A stretch of 64,000 nucleotides of DNA from assembly GCA_958296135.2 (NCBI GenBank), contig CATQHZ020000001.1, positions 640,001 through 704,000 on the forward strand, in the 5' to 3' direction. Below, in pieces: positions 1 through 9,134 of this stretch (position 1 is the first letter of the stretch; every line of letters begins with the position of its first letter). This DNA is from an uncultured Poribacteria bacterium (GTDB lineage Bacteria; Poribacteria; WGA-4E; WGA-3G). The translations under genes and the position numbers were made by a program. Below the pieces are notes generated by a model that saw only the letters and a list, made by a program, of their open reading frames with translations, was not told where the DNA came from and did no database searches.

Positions 1-16
1 CGTTTCGGCGTGACGG

Positions 17-212
17 CCCTCGCGCTATGGTTAAAAGGGCCCTTCAGTGAAAAGCCCTTAGTCCGTAGGGCGCGGTCCTGTGCCGCGCCGTGCTTCGGTC
101 TATCAAGGGGCTTCGCGAGGGGAACCCTCGGCGATTCGCGCTCGCCGGATTTTCCCTCGCGCTACGGGGGCCAGGGGCAGACCGCGAGGGACAGGTTTTC
201 CCTCGCGCTACA
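17..212. repeat. Cluster of REP-like palindromes (GTAGCGCGAGGG...CCCTCGCG and GTAGGGCGCGGTCCTGTGCCGCGCC types)
   Basis: cgcgagggacaggttttccctcgcgctac at about 183-211 is the reverse complement of gtagcgcgagggaaaacctgtccctcgcg at 25762-25790; related copies near 48455, 62340 and 63410. Confidence 0.8.
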
Positions 213-310
213 GGGGCCAGGGCAGTCACCGTTTTGCCAAATTGACATGAGCGTGCCACTTTGGAGCGGCGGCGGTGTCAAAAAGGCACGCCAGAAAATG
301 GCGGTGCGCG

Positions 311-967
311 TCACACGTGTGCCGCGCGACTTTCACTAACACGCGCGCGGATGCCCGCAGCGAGCATCTGCAATGCGACTGAATTTTCATCATGAAACGG
401 GATAACCAGGTCAGCATATTGTTTACACGGTTCGGTATAAACCGGGAAGTTGGGGAGCACATCTCGTCGATACCAATTGATAGCCCATTCCAGATCGCCG
501 CCGCGTTGCACCACGTCGCGGAGCATCCGACGCAGGACTCGTTCGTGCGCGTCTACGTCAAGGAATACCTTGATATCCATCAACTTGCGCAATGCCGCGC
601 TCCAAAAGATGAGGTGTCCCTCCACAATGACGACATCGCTTGGTTGGACGTATGAAGGTGCATCGCTGCGCTGCGCCGCCCGCGTGCCGGGGATAGGCAC
701 TGCAATTGCTTCGCGCCTGCGGAGTTTCGCGATGTCTTCAGTGAGCGCGTCCCAAAGCACGGCATCGGGGTGATTGGCGGTAATGACCTTTTCCCGTTCT
801 TCTGGGGAGTATTCTGCCCAATCCCGAAAATAGGCATCTTGATTGAGGACGATGGGTGCGCAATCCGCCAGTTGTTCGGCTAACAAGGTCGCGAAGGTTG
901 TTTTCCCGGAGGCGGAGCCGCCCATGATGCCGAGGGTGATGGGGGTGAAATGCTGTTGTGTTTTCAT
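311..967 (-). CDS. udk: Uridine kinase family protein
   Basis: P-loop GGSASGKTT, QDAYF, VIVEGHL, DIKVFLD and EPCKQYADLVI motifs. Confidence 0.8.
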   Translation of the reverse strand: MKTQQHFTPITLGIMGGSASGKTTFATLLAEQLADCAPIVLNQDAYFRDWAEYSPEEREKVITANHPDAVLWDALTEDIAKLRRREAIAVPIPGTRAAQRSDAPSYVQPSDVVIVEGHLIFWSAALRKLMDIKVFLDVDAHERVLRRMLRDVVQRGGDLEWAINWYRRDVLPNFPVYTEPCKQYADLVIPFHDENSVALQMLAAGIRARVSESRAAHV

Positions 968-1058
968 GGGGGTATCCTAGCAGCATTGGAGATGTAAAGC
1001 AAGCAGCAGAATGTCTTTTTCACCATCGATCGCGAGGGAAGCGGCGTTTTGCTTTTTC

Positions 1059-1088
1059 TTGACATCGGTTTTGAAAATCCGTTATACT
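1059..1088 (+). promoter_or_regulatory. Sigma70-type promoter TTGACA-N18-TATACT
   Basis: Near-consensus hexamers upstream of an AAGGAG RBS and the LamG gene. Confidence 0.6.
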
Positions 1089-1120
1089 ATATCCATATTT
1101 GACACAAGAAGGAGAAAAAT

Positions 1121-1882
1121 ATGATGAAAAAATCGTTTGTCTATCTTTTCATTGCGCAACTGATGATACTCACGCCGTTCGCCCTGGCCGATTTCACGGA
1201 GGGCCTCGTCCTGCATCATACGTATGATGAAGGCAGCGGCACACTCGCTGGCGACTCAAGCGGCAACGGGCACGATGGCGAAGTTTCCAATCCCGACTGG
1301 GTTGATGGAAAATTCGGGAAGGCGCTGCAATTTGGCGGTGAAGGAAGCGATGTGTTCGTTACTGTCGAGAGCACGTCGCTCCTCAACGTCAACGAATGCA
1401 CGTTCATGGCGTGGATTAACGCCGAGCATTGGGATGGCACCCGCCAGCTCGTCGGCAAATCTGTCCACGGCGGATGCACTGGCAGAACGCAATACGGTTT
1501 ATTTAGCGAAGGCGGTGTCTTCAAACTCCGCTTTGAAACCGAGGGCGGCAGAGCCGATATCACCACGGATCTGCCTGCAACCGGCGAATGGGTGCACGTT
1601 GCCTTCACCAACGATGGCGAAACTGCTACGATTTATATCAACGGCGAGGCGGTGGTTGATGGCGAAGTGCCGGGGCCGCTCAATGCCAACGATGACCCGT
1701 GGCGCGTTGGGCAGGATTGTGAACGCGAAAACTACGTCTTCGCTGGCATCATTGACGAAGTTCGCCTTTGGAACCGTGCGTTGTCTGCTGAAGACATCGC
1801 TGATTTACAAGGCCTGCTGACTGATGTTGAGGCGCGCGGAAAGTTAGCCACGACGTGGGGCAATCTCAAAGTGAGTCGTTAG
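1121..1882 (+). CDS. Secreted LamG-like jellyroll domain protein with C-terminal KLATTWG motif
   Basis: Signal peptide; DSSGNGHDG, GKFGKALQF, WVHVAFT, GIIDEVRLWNRALS. Confidence 0.85.
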   Translation: MMKKSFVYLFIAQLMILTPFALADFTEGLVLHHTYDEGSGTLAGDSSGNGHDGEVSNPDWVDGKFGKALQFGGEGSDVFVTVESTSLLNVNECTFMAWINAEHWDGTRQLVGKSVHGGCTGRTQYGLFSEGGVFKLRFETEGGRADITTDLPATGEWVHVAFTNDGETATIYINGEAVVDGEVPGPLNANDDPWRVGQDCERENYVFAGIIDEVRLWNRALSAEDIADLQGLLTDVEARGKLATTWGNLKVSR

Positions 1883-1981
1883 CGTATTGGATAAAGGCGA
1901 AAACAGACCCGGGAGTCTCGGTTTGAAACCGCGGCCCCAACAACGGGCGCGCTTACAACGCGCGCCTACCTATAGGCTCGG

Positions 1982-3916
1982 ATGTCCATATCCGCCCGCA
2001 ACCCTTCCATCAACAACATGTTTTGGGAACAAATCGCCACACACTACCGCGCAGGTTCTGCGCACCAATTTTTACTTCACTTCAACGTGCAGGACCTGCT
2101 TTATGACGACGTTTACGGCTATTTGCCGGCGATGCCCTACCTCATGGAGCAGCTCAACGTTTTGGGGTGCGCTCTGGTTATCGGGTATAACACCGCGCAG
2201 GGCATTATTTTTCCAAACGTTCGGCAGTGGCACCAAACGCAGCAGATGCTTGAAGTTGTCCCGCCGTATGAAAAGACAGGCGTTTTCCATTTTCAAAGTC
2301 TGGCGACATGGCTGCAGGGTTTCCGCGGTTTGCAGGGGGCGGGTGATGACGAAGTTCCTCCTGATGTCGCGCGGCGAAGGATTAATGCCGGTTTAGCCAT
2401 CGGGAAACTGCACGAAGACCCGGTTGCCAGTATAGAGCCCTCCCCTTCGGAGGAGCTGCAAATCAAATTGAGCGAGCTCCTGCGGCAAGACAGCGTGAAA
2501 GTTGGGCTGGTTATCAATTTTCTGGAGGAGTTCGCGCCGAATCATCCGTCGCTCAGTAGCGGTGCGAACGATGCTCGGCAGCGGTTCTTCAACCTCCTCC
2601 ACCATTGGGCATCGGATTTGGACATCCGCCGCCGCAAGCACATTATCCTATTGGTTACACAGAACACGTTTGACATTCATCCAAGTCTCACCGTGAATCC
2701 CGAAATTCCTGTGGTGGAGATGCCGTTTCCGGATTATGCGCAGCGGTTGCAGTTTATTGAACATCTGCACGCCATCCACATTACCGAGCCGATTCGCAAG
2801 TACAGTCTCGGCAATGCGCGTGCGCGCGAAGAATTGGCACGCGAAACCGCTGGGTTGAATCTGTTTGGCATCCACGATATTGTGCGCCAAGCCGCCTTGG
2901 CGCGCCAGGAAGCAAGGGGCGAACTGCTCCAAAACTATCGGCAGCAGAGCGTCAAAACTTTCAGTCACGGCGTTTTAGAGGTGAGCGAACCTCGCGAAGT
3001 TGCGCGAATGCAAGGGCCGAGTCATGTTAACCGCGCTATCCAAGAGATTGCCGATGGCTTGAAAGCGGGCGATTGGCGGCGAATTCCGCGCGGCATGCTG
3101 CTCCTCGGCCCTGCTGGGACAGGCAAGGTGTTTATCGCGAAACTGCTTGCCGGCAAGGCAGAAACGGCGTTCGTCCAACTGCGCTATGCGAGTCAAGTCG
3201 GCGAAGTCGCTATAAGCGTCAACGGGCACGAGGGCAGTTATGAACGAAATCTGAACGCTGCGCTCAGTTTCATCCGTGGCATCGCGCCGGTCGTTGTCTT
3301 TATTGACGAGATTGAGCAGGCATCGCCGCGCGCCAGCATGCAACCGGAGCATTGGGAGCGCGGCTTGCCGGTGAGCCTTGTGAATGCGATTAGCGATACG
3401 TCGTTGCGCGGCAAGGTAATCTGGGTAGGTGCGACAGATCGTCCGGATTTGATGCCGGCCATTTTCCGGCGCGTGGGGATTTTCGATCACAAGCTCATCT
3501 TGCTGCCGCCGACACCTTTTGAGCGGGCGGCAACCATGGAGATTTTTTGTGCGCCGCGCACGCAGGAGAGCATCGATTATCAAGCAATCGTGGGCGATGC
3601 ACGGACAGATGGTGTTACGGCTCGCGATCTGTGGTTAATTATGCAGCGTGCGCGGAACATCGCGTTGCGCGACCGTCGCGAACAGTTAACCGAAGCCGAC
3701 CTGCGCGAGGCAGTCGACGATTTCGTACCAGATTATTCGCCGGAGATGCAGCAATTTATGGGATTATTAGCGATGCGCGAGGCAAATTCGCGTGCGATGC
3801 TGCCGGATGCCTTACTGCCGGTATACCAAGAGTTCGTAGAAGGCACCCGGATTGATAAGACGAAGATTAATAGGCGGTTGTTGGAGTTGAGTGGGGTGCT
3901 TGGGTTGCAGGTTTGA
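1982..3916 (+). CDS. AAA+ ATPase family protein with degenerate motifs
   Basis: GPAGTGKV Walker A-like, VFIDEIE Walker B, GATDRPD sensor region; start uncertain. Confidence 0.75.
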   Translation: MSISARNPSINNMFWEQIATHYRAGSAHQFLLHFNVQDLLYDDVYGYLPAMPYLMEQLNVLGCALVIGYNTAQGIIFPNVRQWHQTQQMLEVVPPYEKTGVFHFQSLATWLQGFRGLQGAGDDEVPPDVARRRINAGLAIGKLHEDPVASIEPSPSEELQIKLSELLRQDSVKVGLVINFLEEFAPNHPSLSSGANDARQRFFNLLHHWASDLDIRRRKHIILLVTQNTFDIHPSLTVNPEIPVVEMPFPDYAQRLQFIEHLHAIHITEPIRKYSLGNARAREELARETAGLNLFGIHDIVRQAALARQEARGELLQNYRQQSVKTFSHGVLEVSEPREVARMQGPSHVNRAIQEIADGLKAGDWRRIPRGMLLLGPAGTGKVFIAKLLAGKAETAFVQLRYASQVGEVAISVNGHEGSYERNLNAALSFIRGIAPVVVFIDEIEQASPRASMQPEHWERGLPVSLVNAISDTSLRGKVIWVGATDRPDLMPAIFRRVGIFDHKLILLPPTPFERAATMEIFCAPRTQESIDYQAIVGDARTDGVTARDLWLIMQRARNIALRDRREQLTEADLREAVDDFVPDYSPEMQQFMGLLAMREANSRAMLPDALLPVYQEFVEGTRIDKTKINRRLLELSGVLGLQV

Positions 3917-4002
3917 TGGGTTTTGGAGACAAAATGTCCACTCTCAGAGATACCGGCAGAGCTGGGAGCTGGTGAGGGACAGAGCCCTCGCCATTACGCG
4001 GA

Positions 4003-4422
4003 TTATCTGACGATAGCGAACCCGATATTATCGATGCCCGCTCGCATGGCAATATCCATCACCCGCACAACCTGCTCGTGGAACACGTCGCGTTCGGCCA
4101 TGATAGTCAGCCTGATTTTGGAAGCCTCCGGCGCGTTGAGGAGGTGGTTAAACATCTCCCCTGTGCGGACGATTGCTTCGGGGCCGGTACCGCTCATAAG
4201 GATGGTGCCTTCGGTTTCGCCGGGCGCAGGGTTGGCAATCCGGACGACAATAACTTTCTGATCCGGCGGCGGAAAGCACTGCGGCGGCGGAAGTTGGACC
4301 GGCAACCCCGGCACCGGCGCGAAGGTGGTTGATACCATAAAGAAGATCAGGAGCAGGAACACACAATTTATCATCGGTGCCATGCTGAGCGTCGGCAGTT
4401 TGCGTTTCCTCAGGTGTTGCAT
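4003..4422 (-). CDS. exbD: ExbD/TolR family biopolymer transport protein
   Basis: APMINCVFLLLIFFMVSTTF transmembrane segment, VVRVMDIAMRAGI C-terminus; AAGGAGG RBS before ATG at 4422. Confidence 0.8.
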   Translation of the reverse strand: MQHLRKRKLPTLSMAPMINCVFLLLIFFMVSTTFAPVPGLPVQLPPPQCFPPPDQKVIVVRIANPAPGETEGTILMSGTGPEAIVRTGEMFNHLLNAPEASKIRLTIMAERDVFHEQVVRVMDIAMRAGIDNIGFAIVR

Positions 4423-4631
4423 TTCAGATGCCTCCTTTGTGTTCTCTGGCGGACGACTCTGGAGGGTTGGCAGCAAGTGCCAGCCCTAGGGCCATCCTGA
4501 CGTTACCTTTTATGAACACCTGAGTCGTTAAGAAGTTACGCGAATTTCTATAGTGCAAAAAACAGCACTCAAACAGCTCAAAGCGGTAGGGGCGGTTTCC
4601 AACCGCGTGTTGCTATTGATAGGAGAAACCA

Positions 4632-6179
4632 ATGTCAAAACCCCGTTTCCTAGCAAACTTCATCGCCATCGTGTGCTGTCTCATCAGCGAAGCGGTTGCA
4701 CAACCGGTGACGGTGAATATCACAACGCCGCGGCGAGGCACAATCGTCACCGAAAAACATTCCATCGGCCATTTACAACCGCAATCAGAAATTAAGGTAT
4801 TTGCCAATATCGCTGGCAAAATCGTGGAACACTATGTGGTGGCAGGAGAAAAAGTGTCGAAAGGCGCGGTGCTCGCACGGAGCACTGCACGCCAAGCTGG
4901 CATCGCCGTGATACAGGCGGAAGCGGCGTTAAGTGCGGCGCGATCAAGACTTACCACTACGGAGGCGAATGCCCAGGCCCGCGTTGAATCGCAACTCGCC
5001 ATCGCCCAAGAATCACGCCTCGCAACGCAGGCGAAATTGGAGGAGACAAAGTTGCTTGCCGAGATGCGCGTCCGGAACCAACTCATCCAAGCGGAATCTG
5101 CCTATAAATCCGCTGCGGCGACGCTCGCACGTTCTGAAGTCAATGCGCGGCAGGCAGTAGAACGCGCGAAGGCGGAACTGGCTCGAGCGGCATTGGACTT
5201 TGAACGCACTAGGGCCCTGCATGAAAAACAGCACATCAGCGACAGCGATTTCGAGGCATCAGAGACGCGGTTCAAACTTGCGCAAAGTCGTCATCGAGAG
5301 GCCCTCGCGACGCTCAATCAGTTTGAGGATGGGACGGCGCAACTCGCCGTGGATAAGGCGAGGGCCGAGTTGGATGTGGCGCGGAAGGTGGTGGAAAGCC
5401 GCGGCTGGGAACGCGAAATCGCCGCCGCTGAATCCAAAGTAACGCAAGCGGAAGCCAACCTCAGCACGGCCCAGAAATTGGTGGAAGCAAAATCGTGGGA
5501 GCACGAGATTGCCATTGCGAGAACCGCTGTGCGTGAGGCGGAAGAACAACTGAAACTCGCGCAGGAGCAAGTTAACAACGCCGCCATCACTTCGCCCATT
5601 GATGGCGTGATTGCCATGCGCCACTTGAATGTCGGTGACTACGCCAGACCGGCGGCGGTGCCGGGTGCGGTGCCGGTGTTTACGGTGGTGTCCCTGGAGA
5701 CTATCAAAGCGGTTTGGCATATGCCAGCGGCAGATGTCCGCAGCGTTGAAATCGGCGATATGGTGCTGATGTCCACCGTAGGCATCCAGAACATCGTCTG
5801 CACAGTTGATTTTATCAGCCCTACCGTTAACCGTGAGGACGACACGGTGCATGTGCATGCAGCCGTTCAGAATTCTGTAGGCGCGCCCTCCCGGTCGCGA
5901 TTCTTGATACCCGGTGCCTCCATCACTGTCTCTGTCAAAATCGGCGAGCGGAAAAATGTCTTATTGTTGCCGCGCCGAGCGGTTTTGCGGATTCAGAACG
6001 GTGCGGGAGAGATTTTCGTCGTTGAGGGGAACGTTGCGCGTCGGCAGCAGGTTAGCGTTGGTGCTGTTTACGGCGGCGAGATTGAGATTACGTCGCGTCT
6101 TGCTCTGAAAACGCAGGTGATTGTGGATGTGCAGCATCGGTTGGCGGATGGCACGGCTGTCGCTATTGCATCCGATTAA
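4632..6179 (+). CDS. RND efflux periplasmic adaptor (HlyD/MFP family)
   Basis: Lipoyl half motifs (IAGKI..GEKVSKG; ITSPIDGVI), long helical hairpin, beta-barrel C-terminus. Confidence 0.85.
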   Translation: MSKPRFLANFIAIVCCLISEAVAQPVTVNITTPRRGTIVTEKHSIGHLQPQSEIKVFANIAGKIVEHYVVAGEKVSKGAVLARSTARQAGIAVIQAEAALSAARSRLTTTEANAQARVESQLAIAQESRLATQAKLEETKLLAEMRVRNQLIQAESAYKSAAATLARSEVNARQAVERAKAELARAALDFERTRALHEKQHISDSDFEASETRFKLAQSRHREALATLNQFEDGTAQLAVDKARAELDVARKVVESRGWEREIAAAESKVTQAEANLSTAQKLVEAKSWEHEIAIARTAVREAEEQLKLAQEQVNNAAITSPIDGVIAMRHLNVGDYARPAAVPGAVPVFTVVSLETIKAVWHMPAADVRSVEIGDMVLMSTVGIQNIVCTVDFISPTVNREDDTVHVHAAVQNSVGAPSRSRFLIPGASITVSVKIGERKNVLLLPRRAVLRIQNGAGEIFVVEGNVARRQQVSVGAVYGGEIEITSRLALKTQVIVDVQHRLADGTAVAIASD

Positions 6180-6280
6180 GAGGTGCCTCCGCTGCCCGTA
6201 GGGCGAGGGCCGTCACGGACACGCCTACAGCAAACGTGCGTGTTTTGCCTCGCGAAAGCACGCTACCTTACTTTAACGTT

Positions 6281-6330
6281 GTCATCTCTGCAGCCTCGCT
6301 GCAGAGATGTCCACTGTCCCTCGCCATGCA
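6281..6330 (+). repeat. 50-bp palindromic repeat (CATCTCTGCAGC-CTC-GCTGCAGAGATG core)
   Basis: 49/50 identical to the reverse complement of 19514-19563; third copy at 57472-57516. Confidence 0.85.
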
Positions 6331-6675
6331 CCGATCTCCCTCTTTTACCGTAGGGCGAAGGACAGGCTGTCCGGTGGGTTTTTCGGGCTGCTCAAGACAT
6401 GTGAACTTGACACCGATGCCGCCATACCCTCAGAGACTTTTTCTGGGGTAACCCCAGAAGAACTAGAACTGATGGTGAAAACAAGCGGCCTTCAGGGAGG
6501 CGGCGCGTTTTTCTCAGAGTCCAGCCGAGAGCTCTATCGATATAACATTACTATTGCAGATGGAGACTCGGAAGTATCCGTTGCTTATGATGATGTAACG
6601 CTCCCCGCCTCGGCTCACGTGTTAGTGGATTACCTACGGCAACATGCACGTCCGAAGGCGTTAGTCGGTGAGTAA
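6307..6675 (+). CDS. Emfourin-like (protealysin/M4 peptidase inhibitor family) protein with repeat-derived N-terminus
   Basis: SGGFFG..ELDT, RELYRYNITI, YDDVTLP..LVDYL pattern recalled for emfourin; the 5' end overlaps repeats. Confidence 0.55.
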   Translation: MSTVPRHAPISLFYRRAKDRLSGGFFGLLKTCELDTDAAIPSETFSGVTPEELELMVKTSGLQGGGAFFSESSRELYRYNITIADGDSEVSVAYDDVTLPASAHVLVDYLRQHARPKALVGE

Positions 6676-6747
6676 GCGCAGAAACAGCGCGTTTCCTGTA
6701 TAAACAGGTCGGGAGAGTGGCTCGCTAACTACGAGCTACTCTCGTTC

Positions 6748-7980
6748 CTATTTAGACAAAGATTCCCTCTCCAAAACATAAACCCGTATCTGCTCCCACT
6801 TCCGTCTAGACCGGTGCGTCGCAACCCGCCTTTTAAAGACATCGCGCACCCGAAACCCCGCTGCCGCAACTATTCTCTCTAAATTCTCAATCGCCTTCGG
6901 ACCGGAGGCATCCGCATACCCTAATAAAATCGTGCCTTCCGGTTTCAGGAAATGCGGGGCCTGTTCAAAGAACCGTTGCAGTGTTCGCTGTTTCTCATCA
7001 TGGATGGCGAGTTCAGATCTGTTTCGAGCGCGCGCCACTACCCACGGGGCATTGAATAGAATCAGATCGAATGACTGATGCGATGGAAAGGTTTCAAACA
7101 AATCACCGGGAGGCATGACGTGGATATTCGTATCTTCAGGATAAATCCGTCGGATATTCAGTTTCGTCGTTGCCACCGCTTCGGAGAGGAGATCGGACGC
7201 GTGGAGGGTAACCTTTTCTCCTAATTCTTGCAGCGCGAGCAGCGTCAGAACCCCGCAGCCGCAACCGATGTCGGCGGCGGAAATCGAGACCGGGAGGGCG
7301 CAACCATCGGAAGGAGTCGAGACCGGGAGGTCTCTCCTACCGGAAGGAGTCGAGACCGGGAGGTCTCTCCTACCGGAGAATGCCTGCAACGCTTCTTGAA
7401 AGCATTCTACCGTCTCTTGTGAACGCGGCGCGAGGACGTTCTCGGAGGCGACGAGGGAAGCATCTAGCGCGTTGACGGGATACGTCGTTTCAAGCGCGCG
7501 CTGGATACGTTGGACAGACACGACAGGGACGAGAAATGGATGCCCTTCGTTCGCGCCGGGCGGTTCGCCGATAAGTTCCAAAAGATAGGGCAAATCGGGA
7601 GGCGGCCCGGTCTGCAACGTGCCTTCTGCATTTGCCCAGCATAAAAGACGCGCGTAAGCCGCTTCCAAACGCGCGCGGGAGATAGAGCCTCCCGGGCGCG
7701 AGTGGCGATTGCCTTTTGCGCGCGAACCTGATTTATAGGCGTGCGCCGGTGTCACAGCACTTTTGTGGCGGCGAATGTAGCCCATCACCACCATAATTTG
7801 TTCCCAAGAACCTTCTACCACCGCAACGCCGCCTCGCTCAATGTGCGTGGAAATCCGACCGAGGTGTGCTAAGTCTTGGTGCGCGAACAATTTAACGCGC
7901 CCGCGCGCGAAGACTGCGTCGCGGCATTCGGTAGGGACATAGAGTTCGCCGATGTGGGTGACAGAATAGAACGGATTCAT
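6748..7980 (-). CDS. Class I SAM-dependent methyltransferase with in-frame repeat insertions
   Basis: DIGCGCGVL motif I and FDLILFNAPW motif. Confidence 0.8.
   Translation of the reverse strand: MNPFYSVTHIGELYVPTECRDAVFARGRVKLFAHQDLAHLGRISTHIERGGVAVVEGSWEQIMVVMGYIRRHKSAVTPAHAYKSGSRAKGNRHSRPGGSISRARLEAAYARLLCWANAEGTLQTGPPPDLPYLLELIGEPPGANEGHPFLVPVVSVQRIQRALETTYPVNALDASLVASENVLAPRSQETVECFQEALQAFSGRRDLPVSTPSGRRDLPVSTPSDGCALPVSISAADIGCGCGVLTLLALQELGEKVTLHASDLLSEAVATTKLNIRRIYPEDTNIHVMPPGDLFETFPSHQSFDLILFNAPWVVARARNRSELAIHDEKQRTLQRFFEQAPHFLKPEGTILLGYADASGPKAIENLERIVAAAGFRVRDVFKRRVATHRSRRKWEQIRVYVLERESLSK
7284..7378. repeat. About 3 x 33-bp tandem REP-like units inside the CDS
   Basis: tcgagaccgggaggtctctcctaccggaaggag units at 7284, 7317 and 7350; same family as 53461-53767. 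Confidence 0.9.
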
Positions 7981-8033
7981 GAAGGATGCGGGCAGATAGA
8001 GACATCCGCCTTGACAATTGATGCGTCATTCGG

Positions 8034-9083
8034 TTAACGGATTGCGACGATTTCGCCGGTTTTGATGGATTCTGCCTCTTTATAGCAGAGGAGGAGCGCG
8101 TCTCTTGCACCTACGCCGGAGAGCGCAGTGGGTTCCTCTTCCGAATCGATTGCCTCAACGGCATAGCGGAGCTCAGCGGAGAATGCATCAATCGGGTCTG
8201 CATCTCCTAAATCCACCGGCTGCACTTCGCCTGATTCGTCCAAGAGCGTCAATGGTACTGCGGTAACCGGCTCGCCGCCAAGTGTTGCGAAGTCATACAG
8301 CAACGTCGCTTTTTCAAGGTAGATTTCAAAGCCGTGCGAGAAGGCTCGGCCACTTTGAGAAACGGCACCGGAGGAACAACTCACGGCGAGTTCCTTGTCG
8401 TTGTAGATGTATTGCGTCGTCACATAATCGACGAAATGGCCGCCCGCCAGTTTGCCTTGCGAGAAGACAGCATCCGGCACGCCACAGATCAGTTGGATGA
8501 AATGCGTGTCGTGGATGTGCAGATCGATGCCGGGGCCGCCGCTTTTCTCGACATCGGCGAGTTCCCGCGACCAGCTGGGTTTGGAGATGATGCGTTTGAA
8601 ATGCGCGCCGAGGAGTTCGCCAGAGTCGCCACTCTCAATGATGCTTTTGGCGTGAGCATATTCGGCGAAAAAGGGGAGGACATGCGCCACCATAAAGGAG
8701 TTGTCCATCGTCTCCGCTAGCGCAACTATCTCGTTCGCATCGTCAATGGAGATAGAGATAGGTTTTTCGACGAGGGTATGTTTGCCCGCGTTGAGGGCTG
8801 CCATGCTGACAGACTTGTGCAGCTGTGTCGGCAGGCAGATATCCACCAGATCGATTTCTTCATCGGCGAGGAGCGCGTCAATCTCGCTATATTTTCGGAT
8901 ATGCGAGAGCTCTTCGATGCCGCCGCGGGGGCCGAAGTTGCCTTGAATCCCGGTCCAGTCTCCGTTTCGTTTTTTGGCATCGCGGGTGCAGATTGCGACG
9001 ACTTCGGCACCCGGAACACGCTGGATGCCGTAGTAGTGGATCATGCCCATGAATCCGATGCCGATAATGCCAATTTTTACCAT
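8034..9083 (-). CDS. Gfo/Idh/MocA family oxidoreductase
   Basis: GIIGIGFMG Rossmann motif, VEKP, DLHIHD. Confidence 0.9.
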   Translation of the reverse strand: MVKIGIIGIGFMGMIHYYGIQRVPGAEVVAICTRDAKKRNGDWTGIQGNFGPRGGIEELSHIRKYSEIDALLADEEIDLVDICLPTQLHKSVSMAALNAGKHTLVEKPISISIDDANEIVALAETMDNSFMVAHVLPFFAEYAHAKSIIESGDSGELLGAHFKRIISKPSWSRELADVEKSGGPGIDLHIHDTHFIQLICGVPDAVFSQGKLAGGHFVDYVTTQYIYNDKELAVSCSSGAVSQSGRAFSHGFEIYLEKATLLYDFATLGGEPVTAVPLTLLDESGEVQPVDLGDADPIDAFSAELRYAVEAIDSEEEPTALSGVGARDALLLCYKEAESIKTGEIVAIR

Positions 9084-9134
9084 GTTTATATCCAACCCGT
9101 GAAGGCGCGCTTTGAAAGCGCGCCTACCGATGTT

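Noticed and set aside
4440-4520. Hairpin in the exbD leader as a riboswitch
   Set aside because: Only a single imperfect stem; no riboswitch consensus I can recognise
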